Below, piece by piece: positions 17,745 through 27,178 of a DNA stretch of 33,212 nucleotides (position 1 is its first letter; the number at the start of each line of letters is the position of its first letter). The notes beneath the pieces are model-generated. The model was not told where the DNA came from and did no database searches. It worked only from the letters and a program-made list of their open reading frames with translations. The DNA comes from a virus (Duplodnaviria; Heunggongvirae; Uroviricota; Caudoviricetes). Made by a program: the position numbers and the translations under genes. The stretch lies in IMG/VR virus record IMGVR_UViG_2617270998_000002; one strand, 5' to 3'.

Positions 17745-19253
17745 TTATTCTTCGGACTGGTCGTCGGTGTGCTGCGGCTCCTGTCGTTTCGTTGCGGCAC
17801 TGCTGCCTCCTTTATCACTGGCCGGATCGGTATCAAATACCAGATCCAGCGTGCGGTTTTCATCAATTTCGGCCTTGCGCCGACGTTTGACATCATCCGG
17901 ATTACGACCACCTGCACGTACCCAGTCTGATTCTGTCGCTGCTCCACCACGAATCTGAATTTTCCAGGCCTCAGCCTCCTTAACAGGGTCAATCCACGGC
18001 ATCACCGGTCCGGAATACACCGCGGTATACAGTGAAGAACGGTCAAGATCGCGGGGTAGCCTGATAACACCGGATGCCACAGCCTGTTTCAGCCAGGCAC
18101 GATACATCGGGCGGGTGACGGCACCAATAAACCAGTCCTGCAGGATCAGGTAGCCATCAGTGGATTCAACCAGCTCCTGACGCTGGGCGCTGTAAGTGCC
18201 GTTATAGTTGCGTGCCGTACTGGAAAAACTCAGACGACTGCCCGCCGCCACGGCACGCAACTGACCATTACGAAAAGTTTCAAGGTTAGGATTGGGACGA
18301 TCCGACTTCACCATTCCGATTTCTTCGCCGGGTTTCAGATCGTCGTAAATAATGCCTGGCTGAATGGTAAGCTCGCGTTCCTTATCCTTGCTGCCATTAC
18401 CATCCGGTTCATAGCTCTGCCCGTCGCCTTTCCGGATGTACATCCCCAGAGCAGCGGCGATCCTTGCTGCAGTCAGCTCAGAATCTTCATACTCTTTCAG
18501 GGCACTGAGGCGGATCAGCACACCGGACAACAAAGACGTCCCGCGCATCTGGTGCAGACGGCGAACAAATTTAAGATGCAGCATTCGCTCTGCATCCACT
18601 TCTTTGGTTTCCATCTGCCGTCCGGATACGGGACGACTTTTATACACCAGATATTTTTCGGGACGCCCCCAGTCATCAACAAACACGCCCTGATTCAGCC
18701 TGTTGCTCTCATCACTGGTCATGGGAATAAAGTCCGGCTCGAGTGCCTCCAGCCAGAAATGAACACCGGCAGAAGGCGTCAGGCTGTTTATGCGCCCGGA
18801 AACCATCTGGACAAACACCTCACCATCGCGCAGCCAGGTACGCAGCATCAGACGTTCCAGCATCGGACGGGTAAACTGCCCGGTGACTTCCGGGCTGACA
18901 GACCATTCACTCCATCGGGTGCGAATCTCCGCAGCCAGGTCACGGGCAATGGCCCCATTGCGTAATACCGGATGTGGCTCGACAATAATCCCGTTTTTCC
19001 CCACCACCCGTTCTTCCAGCTTGTCAAATACACCAATGACCAGATCGTGGTTGTTATCAAGGTAACGGGCCTGCTCACGTAACGACACGGCCCCGTACTG
19101 GCTTAACTGGTCGGCAGTTCGGTTTTCCCGCCGGGCTTTGTGTGTCCGCGTCGTTTTTACGGCCTCATAAGCCTGGATCACCGCACGGGAACGCAGCCTT
19201 GCCGCTTTCCATCCTGGTGAAAAAACGCCAATCACATCATCAAGAATTGCCAT
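17745..19253 (-). CDS. Portal protein
   Basis: About 500-aa ORF between gpW and the protease-capsid gene; start at ATG 19253 (MAILDDVIGVFSPGWKAARLRSR...) overlapping the W stop; lambda B-type position. Confidence 0.9.
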   Translation of the reverse strand: MAILDDVIGVFSPGWKAARLRSRAVIQAYEAVKTTRTHKARRENRTADQLSQYGAVSLREQARYLDNNHDLVIGVFDKLEERVVGKNGIIVEPHPVLRNGAIARDLAAEIRTRWSEWSVSPEVTGQFTRPMLERLMLRTWLRDGEVFVQMVSGRINSLTPSAGVHFWLEALEPDFIPMTSDESNRLNQGVFVDDWGRPEKYLVYKSRPVSGRQMETKEVDAERMLHLKFVRRLHQMRGTSLLSGVLIRLSALKEYEDSELTAARIAAALGMYIRKGDGQSYEPDGNGSKDKERELTIQPGIIYDDLKPGEEIGMVKSDRPNPNLETFRNGQLRAVAAGSRLSFSSTARNYNGTYSAQRQELVESTDGYLILQDWFIGAVTRPMYRAWLKQAVASGVIRLPRDLDRSSLYTAVYSGPVMPWIDPVKEAEAWKIQIRGGAATESDWVRAGGRNPDDVKRRRKAEIDENRTLDLVFDTDPASDKGGSSAATKRQEPQHTDDQSEE

Positions 19254-19471
19254 CAGAACCTCGCCAGCCGGTACCCGGGATGCCCCCGTCGTCGTGTAAT
19301 CAGAGCCGCAAGGCGGCGCTCCCACTCCTGCCGCCCCTGCCGGATCTCAGATAAGTTTTCCATGGTCATCTGCTGACCATTAAAGGTGACGGATTTTCCG
19401 TCCAGCACCGCCATTTCAGCTTCCGTATAACGCTGAATCATGGCTTCGATATCATTCTGGTTCATAACCAT
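19253..19471 (-). CDS. Head-tail joining protein gpW-like
   Basis: 72-aa ORF ending ...RRRGHPGYRLARF, like the lambda W C-terminus (...RRRGPAGFYV); located between terminase large subunit and portal. Confidence 0.75.
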   Translation of the reverse strand: MVMNQNDIEAMIQRYTEAEMAVLDGKSVTFNGQQMTMENLSEIRQGRQEWERRLAALITRRRGHPGYRLARF

Positions 19472-21564
19472 CCTCCGGAAGTCAGCCAGGGGTTAACATC
19501 GTCAGTTACTGTTTTCTTCCGTTTTTGTTTTTTAACAGGCGTGGATACCGGTTCCGGTGTGGGTGACAGTTCGGTACTGTCCGGGACACACTCCAGCCAG
19601 GTTTCCCGGCTCGCCCACTCCGGTGCATCCGGCCAGCGGATCTTTTCGTATCCATGCAGAATGACCAGAGCCTCGGCATACACCATCAGGTCAAAAGCTT
19701 CGTTGGCACCGCGACCTGGCTTACTCCATTTCCCGTCACTGCTCCGCTCTTCATACGTCAGTTCGTCGTAAAACCAACTCCCCAGCCAGTCAGGGAAATG
19801 CACATAGCCGGGACCTGGCGAGTCACGCCATAACGCGTTATTCACCCGGTCTTTCAGTGCATCCGTCTGAAGAAGCCAGAGCGGCACATCACCTGCGGCC
19901 TGCGCCCGTCGGCCCGTTCGTCCGGTGTTATCAGGGAATGTACGGGTGATCAGTTTTGCGCGCCGGATGCTGTCGCCCTTAAACAGGTAAATACGTTTAC
20001 CAAGGCCATCACGACGGCAACGACGCCAGAATTTATAGGCATTATCAGTGACCCCGTCTTCACCGCCGGAGTCCACCGCCATTGCCATCAGTCGCATTTG
20101 TTGAGAAGGATCGGAGGCCAGCGGCCAGCTTTTATGAAAAACATCCGTCAGCAGGACATCCCAGTCTTCCGGATAGCTGGCCGGATCAATTCGCTGGCTC
20201 TCCCCGTCGCTGTCACCGCGTAATGACTGCGTGATGTTGTAACGATCAATAATCCAGCGTTCGCCACGGCTGCCATAGCCCGTTACCTGAACCACAAAAC
20301 GGCGATGACGTCCCGCCTGCACATCCACTGTCGCCACAAGGAAATTAACGCCATCCGGCACACTGCGGGAAGGAACTGGCTCTGCCCGCTGCTCAAGCAG
20401 TTCACTTTTTCGTTGCTCCATGCTGGCGCGGGGAAGATAAGGTAATCCCCAGTCGGTATTGATAACCGTCTTGAGTGTTTCTTCACTTCCGGTTGTCTCG
20501 TATTCCTGTTCTGCAGTAAGCAGTTTGTAAACGAGTTGCGAGAGTGTCTGGTAAGCAGCTGCCGGACCCTCCATCCAGAATGACGCAATACGTGAGCGTC
20601 GGGGATCACCATAACGACTGCCATCCGCATTGATGGATTCACCATCCCGCAACCAGACCCCACGTCCGTTCAGCTCACGTTTTTGTTCAGGCATAATCCG
20701 TCCTGAACAGGAAGGACACTGAATATAAGCCGCCTCACTTGCCAGCACGGGATCGGCAATATCACGGAAACCAGCAACCACATCGCCGCAGGGCTGAAAA
20801 TACTCACCACAGTGTGGACAAGGCCAGTACCAGCGACGGCGATCGCCACGGTTATAGAGCGACAGTATCCCCGTGGTTGGTGGAGCCTCATGCGGTGAAG
20901 TCCGTCGCCATTTCACATCCTTCACATCCCTGCCGGGGGAACTCTCCACAAGCGTCATACCACTGGACATAAATGTTGTGGTACGTTTTGAGGCAAGAGA
21001 GAAAGCATCCCCCTCGCCATCAATATCTTCCGGAAAACGGTCATAATCCGTCAGCGCGACGCATTTATAATCTGATGAGGACATGATATTGACTGACGGC
21101 CAGCCGATTTTCAGGTAGTTACCAGCAAGGAATGTTCTGTCATAAACGTTGTTGTCATTTTTGTTCGGACTCAGGCGACTGACCACTTCCGGGCTGACGC
21201 GAAACGTTCTGGCGAGTCGTTTTTTGGAGTGTTCGCGGGCTTTTTCCTCCGTCATCTGTATGATCAGCATATCAGCAGGATCGCAAATCACGTTGTAAAT
21301 CACCCAGCCGTCAATCAGGCCGATAGTCTTGCCGGTTCGTGCCGGGCCAACAAATATCACTGCGTCGTATTCACGCGAGGCCAGGCAGTTCATCGGCTCA
21401 ATAACATACGGTGCCACCAGCGGATCCCACGGGACTGAGTTCCCTGCCCCCATGGGCACCCGCATATACTGAGCAACGGCATCAGCAACCCGCATTCGTC
21501 TCGGTGCGCGAAGGATATAACCTGAATCGGTTCGTGCTGCCTTTGCGGTTTCCTGATTCAGCAT
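19462..21564 (-). CDS. Terminase large subunit (lambda A family)
   Basis: 700-aa ORF; Walker A-like GPARTGKT, Zn-ribbon-like CPHCGEY...CPSC, nuclease domain; directly after the small subunit. Confidence 0.9.
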   Translation of the reverse strand: MLNQETAKAARTDSGYILRAPRRMRVADAVAQYMRVPMGAGNSVPWDPLVAPYVIEPMNCLASREYDAVIFVGPARTGKTIGLIDGWVIYNVICDPADMLIIQMTEEKAREHSKKRLARTFRVSPEVVSRLSPNKNDNNVYDRTFLAGNYLKIGWPSVNIMSSSDYKCVALTDYDRFPEDIDGEGDAFSLASKRTTTFMSSGMTLVESSPGRDVKDVKWRRTSPHEAPPTTGILSLYNRGDRRRWYWPCPHCGEYFQPCGDVVAGFRDIADPVLASEAAYIQCPSCSGRIMPEQKRELNGRGVWLRDGESINADGSRYGDPRRSRIASFWMEGPAAAYQTLSQLVYKLLTAEQEYETTGSEETLKTVINTDWGLPYLPRASMEQRKSELLEQRAEPVPSRSVPDGVNFLVATVDVQAGRHRRFVVQVTGYGSRGERWIIDRYNITQSLRGDSDGESQRIDPASYPEDWDVLLTDVFHKSWPLASDPSQQMRLMAMAVDSGGEDGVTDNAYKFWRRCRRDGLGKRIYLFKGDSIRRAKLITRTFPDNTGRTGRRAQAAGDVPLWLLQTDALKDRVNNALWRDSPGPGYVHFPDWLGSWFYDELTYEERSSDGKWSKPGRGANEAFDLMVYAEALVILHGYEKIRWPDAPEWASRETWLECVPDSTELSPTPEPVSTPVKKQKRKKTVTDDVNPWLTSGGWL

Positions 21565-22058
21565 TACTCCTCCCGCTGTAATTCCTCCTCATCATCCGCA
21601 CCTGCTTCGGTCACCCGCAGGGCTATCTGATCGCGCAGATCATCAATAATGGACTGAACACGGCTCACAGCGGCAGGGTGCAGACCGCAGTCACGTTCAA
21701 GAATATCCGGTAATGTCTCCAGCACCTGCACGACCGCTTTTGCCCAGATGGCAAACTCCCGTCTGACATCACTGGCCGGAATGAGTTGTGCCGTTTCCTG
21801 TTCGAACTTAAGACGCTCACGTTCAGACTGATACCAGGCTTTGCGCTCATGCGCGTCCATTTCGCCTTCTGCAACCGGCGGTGGTAATGCCAGAAATGCC
21901 GACACAATATCAACCACCCGATAAAGCTTGAGGTTGCTTTCATGCCCCCCTGCAACGGGTAGATTTTGCAGCCTTGCCGCAGCAGTCTGGCGATGTACAC
22001 CTGACAGAGCCGCCAGTTGACTGATATTCAGCGTCAGATTTTTTAACTCTCGATCCAT
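21564..22058 (-). CDS. Terminase small subunit (Nu1-like, N-terminal HTH)
   Basis: 164-aa ORF; N-terminal HTH-like LTLNISQLAALSGVHRQTAAARL; acidic C-terminus; immediately upstream of the large subunit and downstream of the candidate cos. Confidence 0.8.
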   Translation of the reverse strand: MDRELKNLTLNISQLAALSGVHRQTAAARLQNLPVAGGHESNLKLYRVVDIVSAFLALPPPVAEGEMDAHERKAWYQSERERLKFEQETAQLIPASDVRREFAIWAKAVVQVLETLPDILERDCGLHPAAVSRVQSIIDDLRDQIALRVTEAGADDEEELQREE

Positions 22059-22227
22059 ACCCGCTCCAGAATGTTTTAAACATGCATCTTGCGAACAACT
22101 TTAGGCAAACGGTGTTAGTGATGAACAAAAAACAATCAAAATCGACACCACAAAAATAAAACCACTGTAATATCAATACATTACAGTAGTGGTGATGACG
22201 AATGAAATTTCAAAAACTAGCCTTTTT

Positions 22228-22250
22228 CCGCGACGCTCCCGCCCCGTGGC
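22228..22250. other. Candidate cosN (cohesive end site)
   Basis: Minus-strand ACGGGGCGGGAGCGTCGCGG resembles lambda cosN (ACGGGGCGGCGACCTCGCGG, from memory) and sits about 180 bp upstream of the terminase small subunit start, as in lambda. Confidence 0.35.
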
Positions 22251-22610
22251 AGGGACCCCCACTGGGAGGACCCGACAGCCTGACAACCGTGACGAGCATC
22301 TGAAACAGAGCGTTACATAATGGCATGGGGATAATTCAGAAGGACATCACAGCATGCCCACACAAATTAGTGTGAGTGTCCTGTTTCTTACTACGCGCAG
22401 GACTGACGAGCATGAGGGGAAAATACGCGAACCGAAATGCCTTATCTTCAGAAATGCAGCCGGCATCCGAACTGGACGATATTGTAAATTCACCTAAATA
22501 CGAGGCATTGCTGTAGTTGAATTGCAGTACTGTATTAGCCTTACAGTGACAGAATACGATATTGACTCTGTCACTTGTGAAATGGTCAGAATGGTTAGCA
22601 GTTATGGTGA

Positions 22611-22817
22611 TCAGTCAACCACCAGGGAATAATCCTTCGTATTCTTATCGTGCTTTACTAACGCGGCCTCAATTGCCCTGAATGCTTCCAGAGATACTTG
22701 ATGTTCTATACATGCAATTACAACATCCGGGTAACTCATCGAAATGGTGCTATTAAGCATAGTTTTTACACGAACCTGCTCTTGGGAGGGGGCCTCAGTA
22801 CATTGATCTTTATGCAT
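22611..22817 (-). CDS. Small protein, YbcW-like (unknown function)
   Basis: 68-aa ORF in an AT-rich segment between the Rz/Rz1 end and cos, the slot where DLP12 carries ybcW (68 aa) next to ybcV; identity to YbcW not verified. Confidence 0.4.
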   Translation of the reverse strand: MHKDQCTEAPSQEQVRVKTMLNSTISMSYPDVVIACIEHQVSLEAFRAIEAALVKHDKNTKDYSLVVD

Positions 22818-23001
22818 TTTGTCGCTCCATGCGTTTGTTCTTCACTTGTCGCTAAAAATATAACTTCAAATCTTTGAGCGTGGAAGTGTGGAAGTCACTG
22901 CGCGTTGATCTTGCATGCATCGGTCGTTTGTTTCCCCCCTGGCATATCAGAAAAACCAGGTTTTATAGCGGAATCAATACTATGTATTTACCACCTGACT
23001 T

Positions 23002-23031
23002 TTGACATAAATCATCAATAAAACATATAAA
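23002..23031 (+). promoter_or_regulatory. Sigma70-like promoter for the DUF1398 gene
   Basis: TTGACA (23002-23007), 18-nt spacer, TATAAA (23026-23031); about 70 nt upstream of the ATG at 23105. Confidence 0.5.
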
Positions 23032-23104
23032 GGTCAGACCAGATTGAAACGATAAAAACGATCTTGCAAACTACTCGCCCTCATATCATATGGAAGGTTT
23101 ATCT

Positions 23105-23515
23105 ATGGATCAGGTAGTCATTTTTAAACAAATATTTGATAAAGTTCGAAACGATTTAAACTATCAATGGTTTTATTCTGAGCTAAAACGTCACAATGTC
23201 TCACATTACATTTACTATTTAGCCACAGAGAATGTTCATATTGTATTAAAAAATGATAATACAGTGTTATTAAAGGGCCTAAAAAACATTGTGTCTGTCA
23301 AATTTTCAAAGGATAGGCATCTTATAGAAACGACCTCTAATAAGCTGAAATCCAGAGAGATCACATTTCAGGAATACAGAAGAAACCTTGCTAAAGCAGG
23401 AGTTTTTCGGTGGGTTACAAATATCCACGAACAAAAAAGATATTACTATACCTTTGATAATTCATTACTCTTTACTGAAAACATACAGAGCACATCACAA
23501 ATGTTTCCACACTAA
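23105..23515 (+). CDS. DUF1398-family protein (YbcV/YdfO-like), unknown function
   Basis: [42 protein letters not shown]...[30 protein letters not shown]; start at 23105 preferred over 23090 because GGAAGG lies 7 nt upstream; opposite strand to the late operon, in the bor-equivalent position. Confidence 0.6.
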   Translation: MDQVVIFKQIFDKVRNDLNYQWFYSELKRHNVSHYIYYLATENVHIVLKNDNTVLLKGLKNIVSVKFSKDRHLIETTSNKLKSREITFQEYRRNLAKAGVFRWVTNIHEQKRYYYTFDNSLLFTENIQSTSQMFPH

Positions 23516-23834
23516 ACCATAACGTCCGGTTTCTTCTACCCCAGCACCGGACTGGCTGACATGAAGAGCAACCACACGTTCAGTTGACGCGTTAATAACC
23601 CGGTGAACATCGTTTTTGATTATTCCCCCACACTCGCGCAGAAGGAGTTCCCCGTCAGGCTACAGTCATAATTAATGCAGGAGTACAGCGACGATACAGC
23701 GCACAGAAATAAATCAGACATCCATTGACTTCATAAAGACGGTGCATAGCATCGACAGGAGTAATTGCGTAAATTGAACTCTTGGCACACTTTAGCCACC
23801 GGCGAATCTTCAGCGGATTATCCTTGGCCGGTTT

Positions 23835-24314
23835 TTATCTGAGGCATTGTTCACGAATGTATAGCTGTGCCCCTTCCAGTTGTTTTTGCATTATTGTCAG
23901 TCGCGCTCTGAGGGTGAAATAATCCCGCTCAGCGGTGTCTTCCAGTCGGGGGGCGGCTGCATTATCCACGCCGGAGGCGGCGGTGCCTTCACGCACGGAC
24001 GAACAGACTGCCTTGATGCGCAACCGACGATGACCAGCGGCAACATCATCACGCAAAGCATCATTTTCAGCCTTCGCATCAGCTAACTCCTTCAGGTATT
24101 TTGCATCGAGTGCAGCAACATCACGCTGGCGTATCTGCATGTCAGTAATGATTGCGGTCGCCTGGTTGAGTTTTTCCGTCACATTATCGCGTTGCGCTTT
24201 GTAGGTAATGGCATTATCACGGTAATGATTAACAGCCCATGACAGGCAGACGATGATGCAGATAACCAGAGCATAAATAATCGCGGCAACTCTGCTCACT
24301 GCTCTATCCCCCAA
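23835..24314 (-). CDS. Rz: i-spanin Rz
   Basis: ORF with N-terminal TM ([35 protein letters not shown]) and coiled-coil ...[30 protein letters not shown]...; lambda Rz-like. Confidence 0.85.
   Translation of the reverse strand: MGDRAVSRVAAIIYALVICIIVCLSWAVNHYRDNAITYKAQRDNVTEKLNQATAIITDMQIRQRDVAALDAKYLKELADAKAENDALRDDVAAGHRRLRIKAVCSSVREGTAASGVDNAAAPRLEDTAERDYFTLRARLTIMQKQLEGAQLYIREQCLR
23897..24079 (-). CDS. Rz1: o-spanin Rz1 (embedded in Rz, +1 frame)
   Basis: 60-aa [23 protein letters not shown]... with lipobox (VGC) and proline-rich ...[26 protein letters not shown]; wholly within Rz. Confidence 0.8.
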   Translation of the reverse strand: MRRLKMMLCVMMLPLVIVGCASRQSVRPCVKAPPPPAWIMQPPPDWKTPLSGIISPSERD

Positions 24315-24829
24315 CAGGCTAATGCGCTCTCCTGATCACGACGAATAACCTGACCGTAACAGTTATTTGAACGAAGGCGGCAATCGCGCCCCCTGTCCTT
24401 AATCCACCAGCGAATCGCCTCGCAGGCACCTTTACGATCACCTGCATTCAGCCGCTTATAAAATGTCGACGGAAAACACTTACCGGGGCCAATGTTATAG
24501 GGACAAAATGACGCGATACCCGCTTTCTGGGGTTCGGTCAGCGGCACTTTAATATTGCGCTCCACCCATGCCAGCGCCTTATCGCGTTCAATGGCATTAA
24601 CCTGAGCGCATTTTTCCTTCGTCAGTTTCATGCCCGGAATAACAGGTTTACCATCCACCATCGTGGCACCACGACAGATGGTCCATATGCCGGAACCATC
24701 GCGGTATGCCGTAGTGTGGTTACCCTCTTTTTCATCCAGAAACTGGTCAAGTATTTGAGGAGCAGACGCGCCTGCAGCAATCAGCGCCAGAACCGCAGCT
24801 GACAGGCCGTATTTGATTTTTGCGCTCAT
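24296..24829 (-). CDS. SAR endolysin (T4-lysozyme-like muramidase with N-terminal signal-anchor-release domain)
   Basis: N-terminal weakly hydrophobic Gly/Ala-rich segment ([18 protein letters not shown]) then a Glu...Asp...Thr triad context ([22 protein letters not shown]); P21 R-like. Confidence 0.9.
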   Translation of the reverse strand: MSAKIKYGLSAAVLALIAAGASAPQILDQFLDEKEGNHTTAYRDGSGIWTICRGATMVDGKPVIPGMKLTKEKCAQVNAIERDKALAWVERNIKVPLTEPQKAGIASFCPYNIGPGKCFPSTFYKRLNAGDRKGACEAIRWWIKDRGRDCRLRSNNCYGQVIRRDQESALACWGIEQ

Positions 24830-24884
24830 GGATATTTATCAGGATGCTACCAATGAAAGATACTGGAAAGCCAACTGCAAAAAG

Positions 24885-25199
24885 CTAACAACCTGTAATC
24901 GAGTTATCAGAACTGTTAATTTTTATGGTATACCGCGCCTCTGAACAGGGGCGCGTTTCTGGCAACAGCTCGTCCCCTTCACATAACCCGGCAGCAACAT
25001 CCAGGAAGACCTGTCTGATGCTCCTTCTGGCTGCTGCCTCATAAAACTCCAGCGCGGCACCTTCAACACGGTCCAGCGAGATGTCCAGGTCAAAAATTTC
25101 ACCGTCAAAGCGTTTTTTGTCCCGTAACGCTAAAGTTACCGTAACTTTATTCTCAAAATTGCGGATCCCTTTCACAATCAGTTCATATTTTTGAGTCAT
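24885..25199 (-). CDS. Small protein inserted between holin and endolysin (YdfR-like, DUF1327-type), unknown function
   Basis: 104-aa ORF with GGAGAG ribosome binding site; same slot as ydfR between essQ and rrrQ in Qin; family assignment from memory. Confidence 0.45.
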   Translation of the reverse strand: MTQKYELIVKGIRNFENKVTVTLALRDKKRFDGEIFDLDISLDRVEGAALEFYEAAARRSIRQVFLDVAAGLCEGDELLPETRPCSEARYTIKINSSDNSITGC

Positions 25200-25203
25200 T
25201 GAA

Positions 25204-25419
25204 TTACTCTCCCCGTGCAGCCTTACGCTTGTCTTCTTTAATCTTGAAATAAAGGTTTGTCAGGTACGTCAGCAGGCCAAATACCAGGCTACCCAGCACA
25301 CCTATTGCTGCCCACTGTGAGGGCGTGACTTTATCGAGCAGCTGTAAAAACCAGTAGCCAGCACTGCCTGCGGAGGTGCCGTAGGCAATGCCTGTTGAAA
25401 TTTTGTCCATGGATTTCAT
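25204..25419 (-). CDS. Pinholin (S21-like) with dual start motif
   Basis: [71 protein letters not shown] (71 aa); Met1 and Met4 give antiholin and holin starts; strong GGAGGTGA ribosome binding site; the track ORF extends further upstream (25476). Confidence 0.85.
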   Translation of the reverse strand: MKSMDKISTGIAYGTSAGSAGYWFLQLLDKVTPSQWAAIGVLGSLVFGLLTYLTNLYFKIKEDKRKAARGE

Positions 25420-25522
25420 AGCCTCACCTCCGCACGGAACGGATGGCATAGTTATTATGTGTAGGCTTCCAGACACATCAATCAGAGCCTTAATTGATAT
25501 ATATGCTGGAGACGATGCAATA

Positions 25523-25545
25523 TAAAAAGCTCGCCGTAGCGAGCT
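25523..25545 (-). terminator. Rho-independent terminator downstream of the TolA-like lipoprotein genes
   Basis: Minus strand AGCTCGC-tacg-GCGAGCT followed by TTTTTAT, between lipoprotein B stop (25671) and the pinholin start. Confidence 0.55.
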
Positions 25546-25670
25546 AATAAAATGTATTTCTCTGATATTATGTTTATTTGTATTAGCTCAGACTTGACAT
25601 CACAGGTTTCGTATATAGAACATCATCAAATCTGTCAGTTTGCTATGAATGAGATATAGTAATTGAAGAG

Positions 25671-26066
25671 CTAACCTCGCATGTCAAAGCCAGATTTCTG
25701 AAAATCTCTGTAGACTTCCGGATTGTTGAAGGCCGGAAATTTGGCTTTACGAGCTGCGGACTTTATCGCTTCGCAATAGGCTTTATCACCGTTACTGGTA
25801 GATATTTTTAACGCCGTGCCATCCTGAGAGAATTCCATATGCAACCTGCATTTTTTCCCTTTCCAGTTATGCGGCTCATCAAGTTTGGCATTAATTGCAG
25901 CTCTGATTCCCCGCGCTTGCGCCCCCCATTCATCCTGATCATCCCAGCGTCCTGAACTGCAACTACCTGTAGCAGTAGTTTTGTGGCAATCTGAAGGGTG
26001 TAAAGGTGTGCATCCCGCAACAAAACCGACCCAAAAAGTCAACATAACGATTTTCTTTAATCCCAC
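25671..26066 (-). CDS. Lipoprotein with TolA domain III-like C-terminal domain (copy B)
   Basis: Signal peptide plus lipobox (MLTFWVGFVAGC, +2 Thr); C-terminus ...GKKCRLHMEFSQDGTALKISTSNGDKAYCEAIKSAARKAKFPAFNNPEVYRDFQKSGFDM shares the pattern of TolA domain III and of copy A. Confidence 0.6.
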   Translation of the reverse strand: MGLKKIVMLTFWVGFVAGCTPLHPSDCHKTTATGSCSSGRWDDQDEWGAQARGIRAAINAKLDEPHNWKGKKCRLHMEFSQDGTALKISTSNGDKAYCEAIKSAARKAKFPAFNNPEVYRDFQKSGFDMRG

Positions 26067-26216
26067 TTCTTGCTCCTCAATCCATTAAAATCTCAGCAAT
26101 AGTAGTTGTTACGTCCGCCACTGGCTCAGAGCTGACTATCCGCTAAATTTAGCTCAGTGCCGTAGTTGTGTCAGAACAAACCTAAGCCGAAACCGTTTAT
26201 TACAAAACAATAAATA

Positions 26217-26645
26217 TCAGGGTTTAAAATCCAGCACCCCATTTTGAAATACTTTATATACTTCCGGCGAAGGGGGGGCAGGTATATCAGCATTCTTTAT
26301 CGCATTCATCGCTTCACGACATAAATCGAGGTCTCCACTTTCTCTTTTAACCTCCAGTAGAAGGCCATTCGGGGCCATATGCATTCTCAGTGTACACTCT
26401 TTTCCTGAATACTTACTCGCATCCCCGAACTGTTTTTCGATGGCGCTCTTGATTTGATGGGCATACAGACGGATATCCTCACTAACATCAGAAGTACGTT
26501 CAGATGAACTCACATACTGTGTCTCTATTGCTTTATCGGAGTAATATGATGTACGGTCATGATAATTTGTCGATACAGCATCAGTGCACCCGATAATAAT
26601 CCCACTAATAATCAACGTAAGAATTGATGCGCTACGAAAACCCAT
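26217..26645 (-). CDS. Lipoprotein with TolA domain III-like C-terminal domain (copy A)
   Basis: Signal peptide plus lipobox (ILTLIISGIIIGC, +2 Thr); C-terminus QIKSAIEKQFGDASKYSGKECTLRMHMAPNGLLLEVKRESGDLDLCREAMNAIKNADIPAPPSPEVYKVFQNGVLDFKP closely parallels the E. coli TolA C-terminus as recalled (...GKTCTLRIKLAPDGMLLDIK...IPKPPSQAVYEVFKNAPLDFKP); GAGGAAAA ribosome binding site. Confidence 0.65.
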   Translation of the reverse strand: MGFRSASILTLIISGIIIGCTDAVSTNYHDRTSYYSDKAIETQYVSSSERTSDVSEDIRLYAHQIKSAIEKQFGDASKYSGKECTLRMHMAPNGLLLEVKRESGDLDLCREAMNAIKNADIPAPPSPEVYKVFQNGVLDFKP

Positions 26646-27178
26646 TTTTCCTCACATATGTCATATAGTAAAGGATTATATATACCGTTGTTTTGGACGC
26701 TCAAACAGCGAATCAGATCAAATAAAACGCACATTTGTTAACATTTACACAAAGTCTGCGTGGGATATTCTGAAAGAATATCCATAATGTGGAGAGAATC
26801 TATTGAAGTGCATGGTGCCGGGTGCCTCCCGGTGAATTCAGTACCAGCACCTGAATCCGCGATTATCCCATATACCTACTCGCTGATTGCCCCTCCGCAC
26901 AGGGGGATTCACCATGCCAGTTTCTTTTAACAAACTCCCCGCAAACCAGAGAACAGTCAACCGCCTGAATTGTGAAGTATTTAAAAATTTCTCCCGCTAA
27001 CTGATACCCGGCTAACAGTCTGGCGTTTTCTTTTTCAGCAACGGGAAAGCAACAACCACCACCCCCGCCACCAGCACACCGTCAGCCAGTACTGACATTA
27101 TCCGGCTGCTGCAATGCCATTCACAAAAACAGTAAGCAATCACTTTTTACCGTAACAGGTGATAATCCAGATATGTAT

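Noticed and set aside
25808-26023. Overlapping alternative-frame ORFs inside the lipoprotein and YdfR-like genes (25808..26023, 24923..25108)
   Set aside because: Embedded in better-supported ORFs, lacking ribosome binding sites and recognisable features.
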